Positions 18,023 to 27,299 are shown, counted from the first letter of the stretch. The stretch: DNA of 64,000 bases from Vulcanimicrobiota bacterium (GCA_963812135.1 CAWETU010000001.1:1344001-1408000), one strand, 5' to 3'. The notes: generated by a model from the letters alone, not told the origin. A program made the numbers and translations.

Positions 18023-19393
18023 ATGAGCCCACGGGTGAAAAGGGCGCGTGGCTCTGCGCGCAACGAGCGAAAAGCCGGCAGGGTACGGCCGGCGACCGAC
18101 ATCGGGGTTCGCGAAGCCAAACTGCGCCGCGAACCCAACTTCCTTCGGCGGTTCTGGGCCCTCTTAGGACCAGGGCTCATCACCGGCGCTTCGGATGATG
18201 ATCCTTCCGGCATCGCGACCTATGCAGTGGCCGGCGCCTCGCTGGGTTACTCGACGCTGTGGACCGCACTGGTCACCCTGCCGATGATGGCGGTGACGCA
18301 GTTCCTGTGCGCCAAGATCGGGCTGGTCACCGGGCGCGGACTGGGCGAAGTGCTTCGCCTGCGCTATCCGCAATACATCGTCGTTCCGCTCGTCGGCGCG
18401 TTGGTGATCGCCAACTGCATCAACGCCGGTGCGGACATCGGCGCGATCGCGGCCTCCATCAACCTGCTCGTCCCTATCCGGATCGTCATTCTGGTGGCGC
18501 CCATCGGTCTGATCATTCTGGCGCTCCAGGTCTGGGGCTCGTACAGGCTGATCTCGACGATTTTTAAGTGGCTCGCTTTCGCGCTGCTCGCCTATATCGG
18601 ATCCGCGTTCTTCGCGCGACCCGACTGGCTTGCGGTGCTGCGCGGCACGTTCATCCCGACGATATCGTTCAACGCGACGTACCTGACGACGCTTGTCGCG
18701 ATCTTGGGCACGACTATCTCACCGTATATGTTCTTCTGGCAAGCAAGGATGGAAGTCGAAGAAGACATCGAGTTCGGCAGACACACGCTTCGCGAGCGCA
18801 AAGGCACCACCGACGCCGAGATGCGCTACACCGCCGCGGACGTCGGCACCGGCATGCTCTTCTCGCAGATCGTGATGTTTTTCATCATCTTATCCTGCGC
18901 CGCCACGCTCCACGCGTCTGGCCAGACGCACGTCCAGACGGCGGCCGACGTCGCCAAAGCGCTCGTGCCGCTGGCGGGCAAAGGCGCCGAGCTGCTCCTG
19001 GCGATCGGGATGATCGGCGCCGGCTTCTTGGCGGTGCCGATCTTGACCGCGTCGTCGGGCTTTGCGCTTTCCGGCGCATTCGGATGGAAGGCCGGGCTAT
19101 CCACGCACCCTGGGCGCGCGCCTCAGTTCTATGCTGTGATCGTCGCGTCAACGGTGATCGGCATCGCGATAAATTTCCTGGGGATCAGCCCGGTAGCGGC
19201 CCTCTTCTGGACAGCCGTCATCAACGGCGTATTAGCGCCGGTGCTCTTGGTTTTCGTCGTACTGCTGAGCAACGACGCGAAAGTGGTCGGGAAACGGACG
19301 AATCCACCGCTTGTCAATGCTGTAGGATGGTTGACGACCGCCGCGATGGGGGCTGCGGCGGTCGCGCTGTTCGTGTTCTGGGGGAAGTCGTAA
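18023..19393 (+). CDS. Nramp-family divalent metal transporter (MntH-related)
   Basis: LGPGLITGASDDDPSGIATY, AILGTTISPYMFFWQ motifs; many TMs. Confidence 0.9.
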   Translation: MSPRVKRARGSARNERKAGRVRPATDIGVREAKLRREPNFLRRFWALLGPGLITGASDDDPSGIATYAVAGASLGYSTLWTALVTLPMMAVTQFLCAKIGLVTGRGLGEVLRLRYPQYIVVPLVGALVIANCINAGADIGAIAASINLLVPIRIVILVAPIGLIILALQVWGSYRLISTIFKWLAFALLAYIGSAFFARPDWLAVLRGTFIPTISFNATYLTTLVAILGTTISPYMFFWQARMEVEEDIEFGRHTLRERKGTTDAEMRYTAADVGTGMLFSQIVMFFIILSCAATLHASGQTHVQTAADVAKALVPLAGKGAELLLAIGMIGAGFLAVPILTASSGFALSGAFGWKAGLSTHPGRAPQFYAVIVASTVIGIAINFLGISPVAALFWTAVINGVLAPVLLVFVVLLSNDAKVVGKRTNPPLVNAVGWLTTAAMGAAAVALFVFWGKS

Positions 19394-19416
19394 ACGTCGC
19401 GTCGCGCGCGCGCGTC

Positions 19417-19441
19417 GTTTGACGCTTCGCTCTGCGGGAAT
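19417..19441 (+). promoter_or_regulatory. SigB-like promoter
   Basis: GTTT-N15-GGGAAT. Confidence 0.55.
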
Positions 19442-19446
19442 AAACG

Positions 19447-19487
19447 TTGCACCGATGCTCCTGCGCTGAGCAGGAGCATCGGTGCAA
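19447..19487. repeat. Perfect 18-bp inverted repeat (5-nt loop)
   Basis: TTGCACCGATGCTCCTGC-GCTGA-GCAGGAGCATCGGTGCAA. Confidence 0.85.
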
Positions 19488-19522
19488 ACCCGGGGGCATG
19501 CGTGAAAGGCGCGTCAACACCG

Positions 19523-19900
19523 ATGAAACAGCAGATCGTCGCGGTTCCGAATTCGATCGGCGATGCGCTCGATGCCATCGATCAGCTGGCGGACGCTGGC
19601 GAGCTTGGGCGCGCGAGCGCCCAGACGCTGGAGCTGCTGTGCATATGGGGCTGGGACGACGGCTTCGCCTCGGTGCGCCGGCTTGACGCCAACGAGTTGT
19701 TCGCGATGTCGCCGGCTGAGCTGAAACGCGCGCTCCACGACTTGGCATCGCGCGGGTTCATCCAGTTGCGCGACGCTGGAGAATGTTACGCCATCGAAGT
19801 GACGTCGCTGGCGGTCGCCGCCATCGCCGCGGGCCTCGGCATCTCGTGGTGGCGGTACTATCACGTCGATATCGACGTGGAGAGCGACACCGGTGCCTGA
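19523..19900 (+). CDS. Hypothetical protein, possible winged-helix fold
   Basis: LFAMSPAELKRALHDLASRGFIQL resembles a wHTH recognition helix and wing; alternative GTG start at 19502. Confidence 0.5.
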   Translation: MKQQIVAVPNSIGDALDAIDQLADAGELGRASAQTLELLCIWGWDDGFASVRRLDANELFAMSPAELKRALHDLASRGFIQLRDAGECYAIEVTSLAVAAIAAGLGISWWRYYHVDIDVESDTGA

Positions 19901-20075
19901 TCGCAAATGCGCGCATGAGTCATGCACGTGCAACGTCCGCGACGACGCCAAGGCGTTTTGTTCGGATGCGTGCCGCGAGGCGCGCAACGAGCTCGGCCGT
20001 TGTCTGTGCGGCCACGCGGCCTGCGCCGAGAATCAAGAGCAGCTTCAGCAAACCGAAGAAACCAGCGGGTCATAG
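19893..20075 (+). CDS. Prokaryotic metallothionein-like protein
   Basis: KCAHESCTC...FCSDAC...CLCGHAAC: 8 Cys and 2 His in a SmtA/BmtA-like spacing. Confidence 0.8.
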   Translation: MPDRKCAHESCTCNVRDDAKAFCSDACREARNELGRCLCGHAACAENQEQLQQTEETSGS

Positions 20076-20144
20076 CGTCCGCCGTAGGTTCGCTCGTGGC
20101 CTTTGGTGGGTAAAACGACCCTACAGGAGGTCATACGCTATCTC

Positions 20145-21206
20145 ATGATCAGAACAGAACGTGGCCCCGCTCTCGCGATCGCCGCGATCGCTGCACTCGT
20201 CGCACTCGTCCTGCTCTTCATCCCGCAGATAGCCCGAGCCGACGTGCGCGTCGTCGTCAATGGGCAGACCGTGCAATTCGACCAGCCGCCGATCGTGCGC
20301 GCTGGACGCGTCTTCGTCCCGCTGCGCGGCGTGTTCGAGCGTCTGGGCGCCAGCGTCGTCTACGACAATGGCACCATTAACGCGACTGGCGCAGGTCATC
20401 AGATCCAGGTCCGCATCGGTTCGACGCAGGCGCTTGTGGACGGCCAATCGCGAACGCTCGACGTCGCACCGTTCCTCGTCGGCGCGCGCACGCTCGTGCC
20501 ACTGCGCTTCGTCTCGGAATCCCTTGGCGCAAACGTCCAGTGGGACGACAATTCGCAAACGGTGACCATCAACGGCAACGGCAACTCGTACGCGCCGCCG
20601 CCGCCGGCTGCGACCGTCGGCCTCACGAACGTGCAGCCGGGACGCAACAGCTCGGTGCAATCCTCGCGGCCGGCCATCTCCGCGCGCTTCAACTCGCCGG
20701 TCGACCCCAACAGCGTGCGTATCCTGCTGGATGGACGCGACGTCTCGAGCACGGCATACGTGTCGGCGAACGATTTTCTGTTCACGCCCTCGTATGACTT
20801 GACGGCGACGACCCACACGGTGGAAGTCACGGGCAAATCGACCAGCGGTGCGAGCTTCGATCGGTCATGGACGTTCACGGTTGGCGGTGGCGCCACGAGC
20901 AACTACCTCAACAACCTCTCGCCGCAAAACGGCGCGACGGTCGGCAGCACGTTCACGGTGTCAGGAAGGACGCTACCGTACGCGCACGTGCGCGTGGCGG
21001 CGACGGCTTCCGCCATCTATGGCGGCATCTTGCGCGCGGTGCTCGGCACGTACACGACCGACGTCGTGGCAGACGCCAACGGGAACTTTTCTGCCCAGGT
21101 GAGCTTGGGAAACACGACGAGCGGCGGCAACGTCACCGTGCGCATCACCTCGCAGGACCCGAACACGAACGCGGGCGCGACGGCGACCTTGAGTTTGAAC
21201 TCCTAA
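20145..21206 (+). CDS. Secreted copper amine oxidase N-terminal (stalk) domain protein with Ig-like domains
   Basis: VVVNGQTVQFDQPPIVRAGRVFVPLRGVFERLGA and RTLVPLRFVSESLGANVQWD; AGGAGG RBS; GTTC-N16-GGGTAA at 20088-20113. Confidence 0.85.
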   Translation: MIRTERGPALAIAAIAALVALVLLFIPQIARADVRVVVNGQTVQFDQPPIVRAGRVFVPLRGVFERLGASVVYDNGTINATGAGHQIQVRIGSTQALVDGQSRTLDVAPFLVGARTLVPLRFVSESLGANVQWDDNSQTVTINGNGNSYAPPPPAATVGLTNVQPGRNSSVQSSRPAISARFNSPVDPNSVRILLDGRDVSSTAYVSANDFLFTPSYDLTATTHTVEVTGKSTSGASFDRSWTFTVGGGATSNYLNNLSPQNGATVGSTFTVSGRTLPYAHVRVAATASAIYGGILRAVLGTYTTDVVADANGNFSAQVSLGNTTSGGNVTVRITSQDPNTNAGATATLSLNS

Positions 21207-21231
21207 AGAGAACGGAGGTTCGATCAATCAG

Positions 21232-21939
21232 ATGAAACAACATCGTGAAGCGATCTATGGGGCTACCGCGGCGATCGCTCTGGCGGCTGCGTTCGCGCTT
21301 GGCGTCCACGACGCGCGTGCGGATGCTCCCGCGATGCAACCGCCGCAAACCGATGTGCGGGTGATCGCGCTCCAGCCGAGCATGGACGCGATCGTCCCCT
21401 CGACGCGGCCCGGCTTCTCCGGCGAATTCGGCGTGCCAGTCGATGCCAACAGCATCCGATTCTTGATCGACGGTCAGGACGTCTCAAGCAGCGCCTACGT
21501 GTCGCGCACCGACTTCATGTTCAGCGCGCCGTTCGATCTGGCGCCGCAACGCCACACGGCCGAGATCACCGGCAAAGCGATGAACGGTGCCGGCTTCGAC
21601 AAGTCGTGGAACTTCGGGTCTAGTGCGAGCGGCAGCGTCGACAACTTCGTCAACGACCTAACTCCTGCGACGGGCACCCTGGTAGGCGCGTCGTTCACCG
21701 TGACCGGGGCGACCCTGCCCAATTCGCGCGTGCGCGTTGCGGCATCGCCGGCGCTGGCGCCGTCAGGCGCACTGGCCACCAGCGACGCCACCTTCACCAT
21801 CGATGCGATTGCGGGTGCCGACGGACGCTTCGCCGCGCCGATCCAGATGGCCGCGCCAGGTCCACTGACCGTGCGCGTCGTCTCGATCGAACCGGCGACG
21901 AACGCCGGGGCAAGCGCGACGATTTCGCTTCACGACTAA
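21232..21939 (+). CDS. Secreted paralog of the C-terminal Ig-like domains of the upstream gene (no stalk domain)
   Basis: Shares PVD.NS.R.L.DG.DVSS.AYVS..DF.F and FTV.G.TLP...VRV motifs with 20145..21206. Confidence 0.75.
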   Translation: MKQHREAIYGATAAIALAAAFALGVHDARADAPAMQPPQTDVRVIALQPSMDAIVPSTRPGFSGEFGVPVDANSIRFLIDGQDVSSSAYVSRTDFMFSAPFDLAPQRHTAEITGKAMNGAGFDKSWNFGSSASGSVDNFVNDLTPATGTLVGASFTVTGATLPNSRVRVAASPALAPSGALATSDATFTIDAIAGADGRFAAPIQMAAPGPLTVRVVSIEPATNAGASATISLHD

Positions 21940-21945
21940 AAACGC

Positions 21946-21983
21946 AGAGTCCCGGGCCAAACAGCCCGGGACTCTTTCCTTTC
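21946..21983 (+). terminator. Intrinsic terminator
   Basis: AGAGTCCCGGGC-CAAACA-GCCCGGGACTCT followed by TTCCTTTC. Confidence 0.75.
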
Positions 21984-21998
21984 ACCGACTCTGCCAGA

Positions 21999-22271
21999 GC
22001 GCGGAGCGCGCGACGGCACCTGCGCCTCACCGCGCGGCGAATCTTTGGGAGATTTTTGACTTCGCCGCTCCTTCGCCGGCTCTCGCCGACTCAAAGGGCT
22101 CGGCTTTCGGCTGCCGCGCGCGTCCCCGCGCGATCTGCACGAGCGCGAACGAGGCCGCCGAAAGCCGAACCCTCTGAGTCGGCGAGAGCCGACGAAGGAG
22201 CGGCGAAGTTAAAATCTCCCAAAGATTCGCCGCGCGGTGAGGCGCAGGCCGGCCTCGTTCGCGTGAAGTGC
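21999..22271. repeat. Inverted pair of ~135-nt structured elements forming a ~230-bp foldback
   Basis: 22019-22111 is the near-perfect reverse complement of ~22157-22248; each copy is closed by its own distinct stem. Confidence 0.85.
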
Positions 22272-22284
22272 GGGTGCGCGGGGG

Positions 22285-23322
22285 CTAGTGGGATGCGCGG
22301 GCGATCGCGGTATGCGCCGCGAGATAGGAAAGCGTGCTCTCCGCGCCCATGTTGCGATTGCGCCGGCCAACGCCGATGCCGTCGTGGCAGCCGCCCGTCT
22401 GGGGGTCCGCGACGACGAGTCGTTCCGTGTTCGCGCCGACGAACCAGGCGAACGCCTCGAGGGCGCGTGCGCGGTACGCTGCGTCGCCGGTGTACTCCTC
22501 GGCGGCGAGCCAGGCGTCGACCATCGCGCACGCCTCGATGGGCTGCTGGTCGTGGCGCGCTCGCGTGCCGCCGCGCGGGTACCAACCTTCATTGCCGATG
22601 GGGACGAAAACATTTCGCTCGTGCGTGACATCGCCGAGAAATTGGAGCGCCCGGATGCCGCAGTCGCCGAACGCCTTGTCGTCAAGCGCTATGGCCGCAC
22701 GTAACATCGCTTCGGGCAAGCGCCCGTTGCCCCACACGAGGGTCGGTTCCCACCAAGGCCAGTCATCGGTAGCGGCCGCGTTGAACTCGTCGAGCAGCAA
22801 GCGCCCGAGCACTTCGAGCGTACGCCGCGCCTCTTGCGATCGCGCCGCCATCAACGCAGCGCCCAGCATCGCGTACGCGCGCGCACGCGAGGCCGTCAGC
22901 TGACGCGCCGTGCTCCACTGGCGCGCGAGCAGAATCTCCGCGCGCTCGCGCCACTGCGCTTGCGTACCGCGCGATGCCGTCACGCCGAGCGCCCAGATCG
23001 CGCGGCCGGTCGCATCTTGCGAGCGTCCGCCTTCCACGATGAAGTCGCCCGCTTGATCGAGCATATTGTGGAAGCCGTCAGGCAGCTGCGTCCGTTCGAG
23101 CAGTGCGAGCGCCGCTTCCCCGACGCGATGCGCCTCGGCGTTGCGCGGATCGATCGCGAGCACGTCGACGGCGACGATCAGTGCTCTCGCGTTGTCGTCG
23201 ACGCAGAATCCTGAGGAGAGATCGCGCGTGTCGCCCTGGGCGAACTGGACGACGCCCAGATGATGGCAGAGCGCGCCCAAATGCGTGAGATTCGGCGCCT
23301 TGCCTCGCGCGGCGTCGAGCAT
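22285..23322 (-). CDS. Glycosidase-like (alpha/alpha)6 protein of the type usually fused to GT4 glycosyltransferases
   Basis: GFCVDDNARALIV, SQDATGRAIWALG, DQQPIEA, GGCHDG, NMGAESTLSYL; probable start MLDAARG at 23322 (ORF open to 23478). Confidence 0.8.
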   Translation of the reverse strand: MLDAARGKAPNLTHLGALCHHLGVVQFAQGDTRDLSSGFCVDDNARALIVAVDVLAIDPRNAEAHRVGEAALALLERTQLPDGFHNMLDQAGDFIVEGGRSQDATGRAIWALGVTASRGTQAQWRERAEILLARQWSTARQLTASRARAYAMLGAALMAARSQEARRTLEVLGRLLLDEFNAAATDDWPWWEPTLVWGNGRLPEAMLRAAIALDDKAFGDCGIRALQFLGDVTHERNVFVPIGNEGWYPRGGTRARHDQQPIEACAMVDAWLAAEEYTGDAAYRARALEAFAWFVGANTERLVVADPQTGGCHDGIGVGRRNRNMGAESTLSYLAAHTAIARASH

Positions 23323-23380
23323 GAGCGGATGCACGGCTCGGCCTGGCACCCGCGATGAACGCTGCGTCGCCTTCAGCACA

Positions 23381-24664
23381 TCACTGGAGGCCGGCGCCCA
23401 ATGGCTCGTGCGCACGCAGGGTGGGCGCGAGCAAAACGGTCGGCCTGCCGAAGGAGCGGACGACGTGGGTGCCGTCAAGACGTTGCGTCAACCGTAGGGC
23501 TGCTTCGTACTCGCGCGCGACGTTGCGCCAGATCATGCCGCGGCCGAAACGATACGCCGCCAGCTCGATCGAGCGGCGCGCTGCAGGGTTGTCGAGCACG
23601 CCATCGATCGCGTCCACGAGCGCTTCAGTGTCGCGGAACGGCACGGTGACGCCGCGGCCGTCGGCAAGCAGTTCGCGCGCGCAGGCGCTTGCCGTGGCGA
23701 CCACGACGCGGCCGCACGCGACGGCGTACGACAGCGTGCCGCTGACGACTTGGTTCGGGTCGAGTGACGGCGACACGTACACATCGGTGGCCTGCAGCGC
23801 TGTCACGACCTCTTCGTTCGAAAGATAACGGTTCTCAAAGCACACGCGCTCTTCGATGCCGAGGTTGCGCACGCGCTGCGCCAGCGATTCGCGATAGGCC
23901 TCGCCTTCGCGCCGGCGGATCGTGGGATGGGTTTCGCCCAACAGCACGTAGACCGCGTCAGGGTGACGCTCGAAAATGGCCGGCAGGGCGTCGATAAGAA
24001 ACTCGATCCCCTTGCCCGGTCCGATCAGCCCGAACGTCGAGATGATCGTTCGGCCAGGAAGACCCAGGCGGCGCTTGAAATGGCGGCTGGCGCGCAGCGG
24101 CACATCGGGAACGCCGTGCAGCACGACGCGGATCTTGCGCGGGTCGATGCCGTAATGGTGCTGCAGCAGGTGGCGGCTCGTATGCGACATGACGACGACG
24201 ACGCAGCTGTGATGGCAGAGCTCGCGCGTGACGCGGCGCAAGACGCCGTCCGGCTGCGGCAGCACGGTGTGCAGCGTGGTGGTCACGGGTTTGGTCAGCC
24301 GCGAGAGCAGCTCGAGGACCATCGCGCCCCGTTCGCCGCCGAACAGCCCGTATTCGTGCTGCAGGTTGACGATATCCGCCGAGTGTGCGTTGATGTCGCG
24401 CGCGGCGAGCGCATAGGAGTCGGGGTCGTCGCGGTCGATCACGCCGACGACGTCGGCGGGATACGCGTGTTCCTCGGCGGATTCGTTGATCGCGATGACG
24501 TCGCCGCGCGCGCCGGCGCGCTCGTCTAACGCGGACTTGATGTCCTGGGTGAACGTGGCGATGCCGCACTCGCGCGGCGGATACGAGCCGACGTAGAGCA
24601 CCTGTGGGATCGCCCGCATTCGCGCGAAGTGTGAACGAAAAATGCCGGGTGATGCTGCCAGCAT
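23381..24664 (-). CDS. Glycosyltransferase family 4
   Basis: YVGSYPPRECGIATFT, LQHEYGLFGG, TFGLIGPGKGIE, QVVSGTLSYA; start may be MRAIPQ near 24619. Confidence 0.9.
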   Translation of the reverse strand: MLAASPGIFRSHFARMRAIPQVLYVGSYPPRECGIATFTQDIKSALDERAGARGDVIAINESAEEHAYPADVVGVIDRDDPDSYALAARDINAHSADIVNLQHEYGLFGGERGAMVLELLSRLTKPVTTTLHTVLPQPDGVLRRVTRELCHHSCVVVVMSHTSRHLLQHHYGIDPRKIRVVLHGVPDVPLRASRHFKRRLGLPGRTIISTFGLIGPGKGIEFLIDALPAIFERHPDAVYVLLGETHPTIRRREGEAYRESLAQRVRNLGIEERVCFENRYLSNEEVVTALQATDVYVSPSLDPNQVVSGTLSYAVACGRVVVATASACARELLADGRGVTVPFRDTEALVDAIDGVLDNPAARRSIELAAYRFGRGMIWRNVAREYEAALRLTQRLDGTHVVRSFGRPTVLLAPTLRAHEPLGAGLQ

Positions 24665-24715
24665 GGACTCTCATTTCTTGGGTTGTGAACCGACGACTAG
24701 TCGGCGTGCTTCAAT

Positions 24716-24754
24716 TATACCTCAAGAATATACCTCAAGAATATACCTCAAGAA
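24716..24754. repeat. Three exact tandem copies of 13-bp TATACCTCAAGAA in the GT4 promoter region
   Basis: 24716-24728, 24729-24741, 24742-24754. Confidence 0.9.
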
Positions 24755-24809
24755 GCGGCACGCAAAACATCCGTGCTATGCTCTTGCGGGACATAAGTTG
24801 ATGGACCCT

Positions 24810-27299
24810 TTAGGCTTGTTCGCGCAACTCGATGAGGCGGTAGCCGTGCACTTCGACCGACATCGCAAGCGACGTCAGCCGCTCGCCCTTTTGGCCGTTG
24901 AACTCTTCCCACGCGTCCCGCTCGCTATCGTAGATGCGGACTTGGTAATCCTTCGCATGATCGATGATGCGCGCGAGATTGAAGGGTACGGCGCTCGTCT
25001 GCGTGCCGACGTTGCCGATCAAGACGACGATCTCACCGGGCCGCCGCAGGGCGACGGCCGCCGCGGTCTCGGAAAACACCGTCACGTCGCTTGAAACGTC
25101 CTCCGTGTATGATTGACCCACGTGGTCGGTCTCGAATTCGACCGTCGCATAGACGTGGAACTTGCCGTGTTGGCGTGCGGCGAAGTAGGTGAGCTCCTTG
25201 CCGTGATACGGCAAGCGCCGCAGGCCGAGCCACTTCCAACTCGCGGGCACGAGCGGATTGATGCGCGGCTTGTCGGTCGTCAGCATCAAGCCGCAGATGC
25301 CCTCGACCGCTGCCCACAAGAAACGCGGCGGCTCCCAGGGGCTCAAGCGCATGCCGCGATTGACGAGGCTTTCGCCGTCGAACCATTCGCTGAACTGGCC
25401 GGGCACGGTATTGCGCGCCTTTGGATCTTCCGTGTAATGGACGGTCGACGAACGCAGCGCGGTCACCATGACGTCAGGGTAGTAACGTGCCGCCGCGAAC
25501 GCGTACCACCAGCTTAGGCCGGGCCAGACGCCACCGAGCAGGCCGAAGGCGCCGGACGGATCGTACAAAGGGTCCTCGCGCGAGACGGTGCGCAGGCCGG
25601 CTTCGGTCCAGAAATCGGGCGAGTTGAGCCGGCTGATGACGCGGAACCCCGTCTCCTCGTCGCACACCCGGAACATGACCGGGAAGACCTCGTCGCCGGT
25701 GACGTCGGTGTGGATGTTGCCGGCGGCGTCGACGTTCAGATAGTACAACCCGTTCTCGGGATTGCGCAGATGCGCATCCATCGCTTGGCGCACGCGCTGC
25801 GAGGCATCCTTGAAATCTTGCGCCTCGCGCGGGTTGCCGCCGATATCCTCGACGAGATGCGCGCACGCGCGCAAGGCAGCGGCGCACTCGGCATTGATCT
25901 CGGTGACCGCGCCGTTGAGCGTGTAACCCGGGATGATGTTGCGCCATCCGACGATCGCCCATACGTCGCCGCGCGGATCGTCGGCGGTGCACACGACCAG
26001 CCCGCGTTCATCGCTCTGCGAGATGATGTAGCGCGCCGCTTTGGTGACCGCAGGCAGCACGCGGCGGAGCCAGTCGTGATCGCCGGTGGAACGGTAGTGG
26101 TGGTTGACCGCCAAGATGAACAGCGGCGTGTTGTCGTTGATGTTCAGCCCATAGTCCTCGCGATGGCCATCGACCCCGTCCCAATACTCCGGCATCTTGC
26201 CGTTGCCGTATTGCAGCGACGCGACCTTGTCGAGCATCTGGCGCGAGAACTCCGGCAAGAAATGATCGCAGCCGTAGACGAACCACGACACATCGCGCAC
26301 GACGATGTTCGACGAGACGCCGGGATCGTTGGTGAACGCGAGCCCTTGCGGGTACGCTGACATGACGCGCCGCATGTTCGCCTTGCCCCACAGCGCCCCG
26401 GCATTGACCGCCGGATCGGGCGTCAGGACGTGGCCGCGCTGCAGTTCGCCTTCGAAATAGTGGACCGTGCGATCGAAGGCGCCGTCGTATTCGACGGTGC
26501 GCTTGAACTCCGCCGTGGCCTTGCTCCGGCCGTGAGCGTACGCGCCGATCGCAAAACACAGGCGTCGCGTCTGATCGGGATCGAGCGTCAGATCCAGCTG
26601 CAGCGCGCCCAGCACGTCGCCGGTCGCGTCGGTCGAGTTCGGCAACGGATCGACGTGCGAGGGCTCGTAGACGCTGCCGAAGTCGAACGTCGCCGCGTAC
26701 CGGTCCGGCGCCGTCGACAGCCCGAAGATGCGCACCGCATCCGGCATGCTGCGATTGCTCGCGACGAGGGCGTTGAGGTTCTTGTCGTAATCGACGATGA
26801 TATCGCCCGGCAGGCTGCCGCGCAGGCGTGCCGAGCCGACGACGCGCAGATTGTAGGCGACCAGGTCGCGATTATGCAGTTCGATGGCGAAGTACGCGAT
26901 CGGCGGATCGGTGAAACTGTCGCCGACCGGCAAGAAGATGGTCTCCATGATGTCGATGGCGCCGCCGATCGAGAATCGCCTGCGCTGATATGCGGGGTGG
27001 ATCTCGACGTCGCCCGGCGCGTCTTGGCGCAGGCCGACAAACGGCTGGTCATGCAGCGAGAGACGGCTCTCGAACATGCGCAGCGAGCGGCCGAGCCCGC
27101 CATAGCGGACGCCGACGGCGCCGACGCAGCTCTCGCCCAGCTCCACGGAAAAGACGCGCTCGATCGCGCCGCTGCCTTTGGTGTTGATCCATGCCGCGCT
27201 ATTGCCGAAGCTTGGGCCGACCCCGAGATTTTCATCGCCAAGCGAATAGACCGGCAGCGAGCGGTGGTGCGGACGATAGGTGACGGTCTGTCCTGGCAT
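24810..27299 (-). CDS. Glycoside hydrolase, six-hairpin (amylo-alpha-1,6-glucosidase/MGH1-like)
   Basis: RDVSWF, DNTPLFI, EINAE, GLRTVS, GGVWP, GQFSEWFDG. Confidence 0.75.
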   Translation of the reverse strand: MPGQTVTYRPHHRSLPVYSLGDENLGVGPSFGNSAAWINTKGSGAIERVFSVELGESCVGAVGVRYGGLGRSLRMFESRLSLHDQPFVGLRQDAPGDVEIHPAYQRRRFSIGGAIDIMETIFLPVGDSFTDPPIAYFAIELHNRDLVAYNLRVVGSARLRGSLPGDIIVDYDKNLNALVASNRSMPDAVRIFGLSTAPDRYAATFDFGSVYEPSHVDPLPNSTDATGDVLGALQLDLTLDPDQTRRLCFAIGAYAHGRSKATAEFKRTVEYDGAFDRTVHYFEGELQRGHVLTPDPAVNAGALWGKANMRRVMSAYPQGLAFTNDPGVSSNIVVRDVSWFVYGCDHFLPEFSRQMLDKVASLQYGNGKMPEYWDGVDGHREDYGLNINDNTPLFILAVNHHYRSTGDHDWLRRVLPAVTKAARYIISQSDERGLVVCTADDPRGDVWAIVGWRNIIPGYTLNGAVTEINAECAAALRACAHLVEDIGGNPREAQDFKDASQRVRQAMDAHLRNPENGLYYLNVDAAGNIHTDVTGDEVFPVMFRVCDEETGFRVISRLNSPDFWTEAGLRTVSREDPLYDPSGAFGLLGGVWPGLSWWYAFAAARYYPDVMVTALRSSTVHYTEDPKARNTVPGQFSEWFDGESLVNRGMRLSPWEPPRFLWAAVEGICGLMLTTDKPRINPLVPASWKWLGLRRLPYHGKELTYFAARQHGKFHVYATVEFETDHVGQSYTEDVSSDVTVFSETAAAVALRRPGEIVVLIGNVGTQTSAVPFNLARIIDHAKDYQVRIYDSERDAWEEFNGQKGERLTSLAMSVEVHGYRLIELREQA

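Noticed and set aside
22019..22248. Hammerhead ribozyme or autonomous IS in the foldback element
   Set aside because: CTGA-stem-GAAG lacks the CUGANGA/GAAA core; no transposase or target-site duplication seen
22056..22628. ORFs crossing the foldback element
   Set aside because: Arg/Ala-rich translations without RBS, overlapping a real minus-strand gene
24716..24754. CRISPR array
   Set aside because: 13-bp units with no spacers and no cas genes
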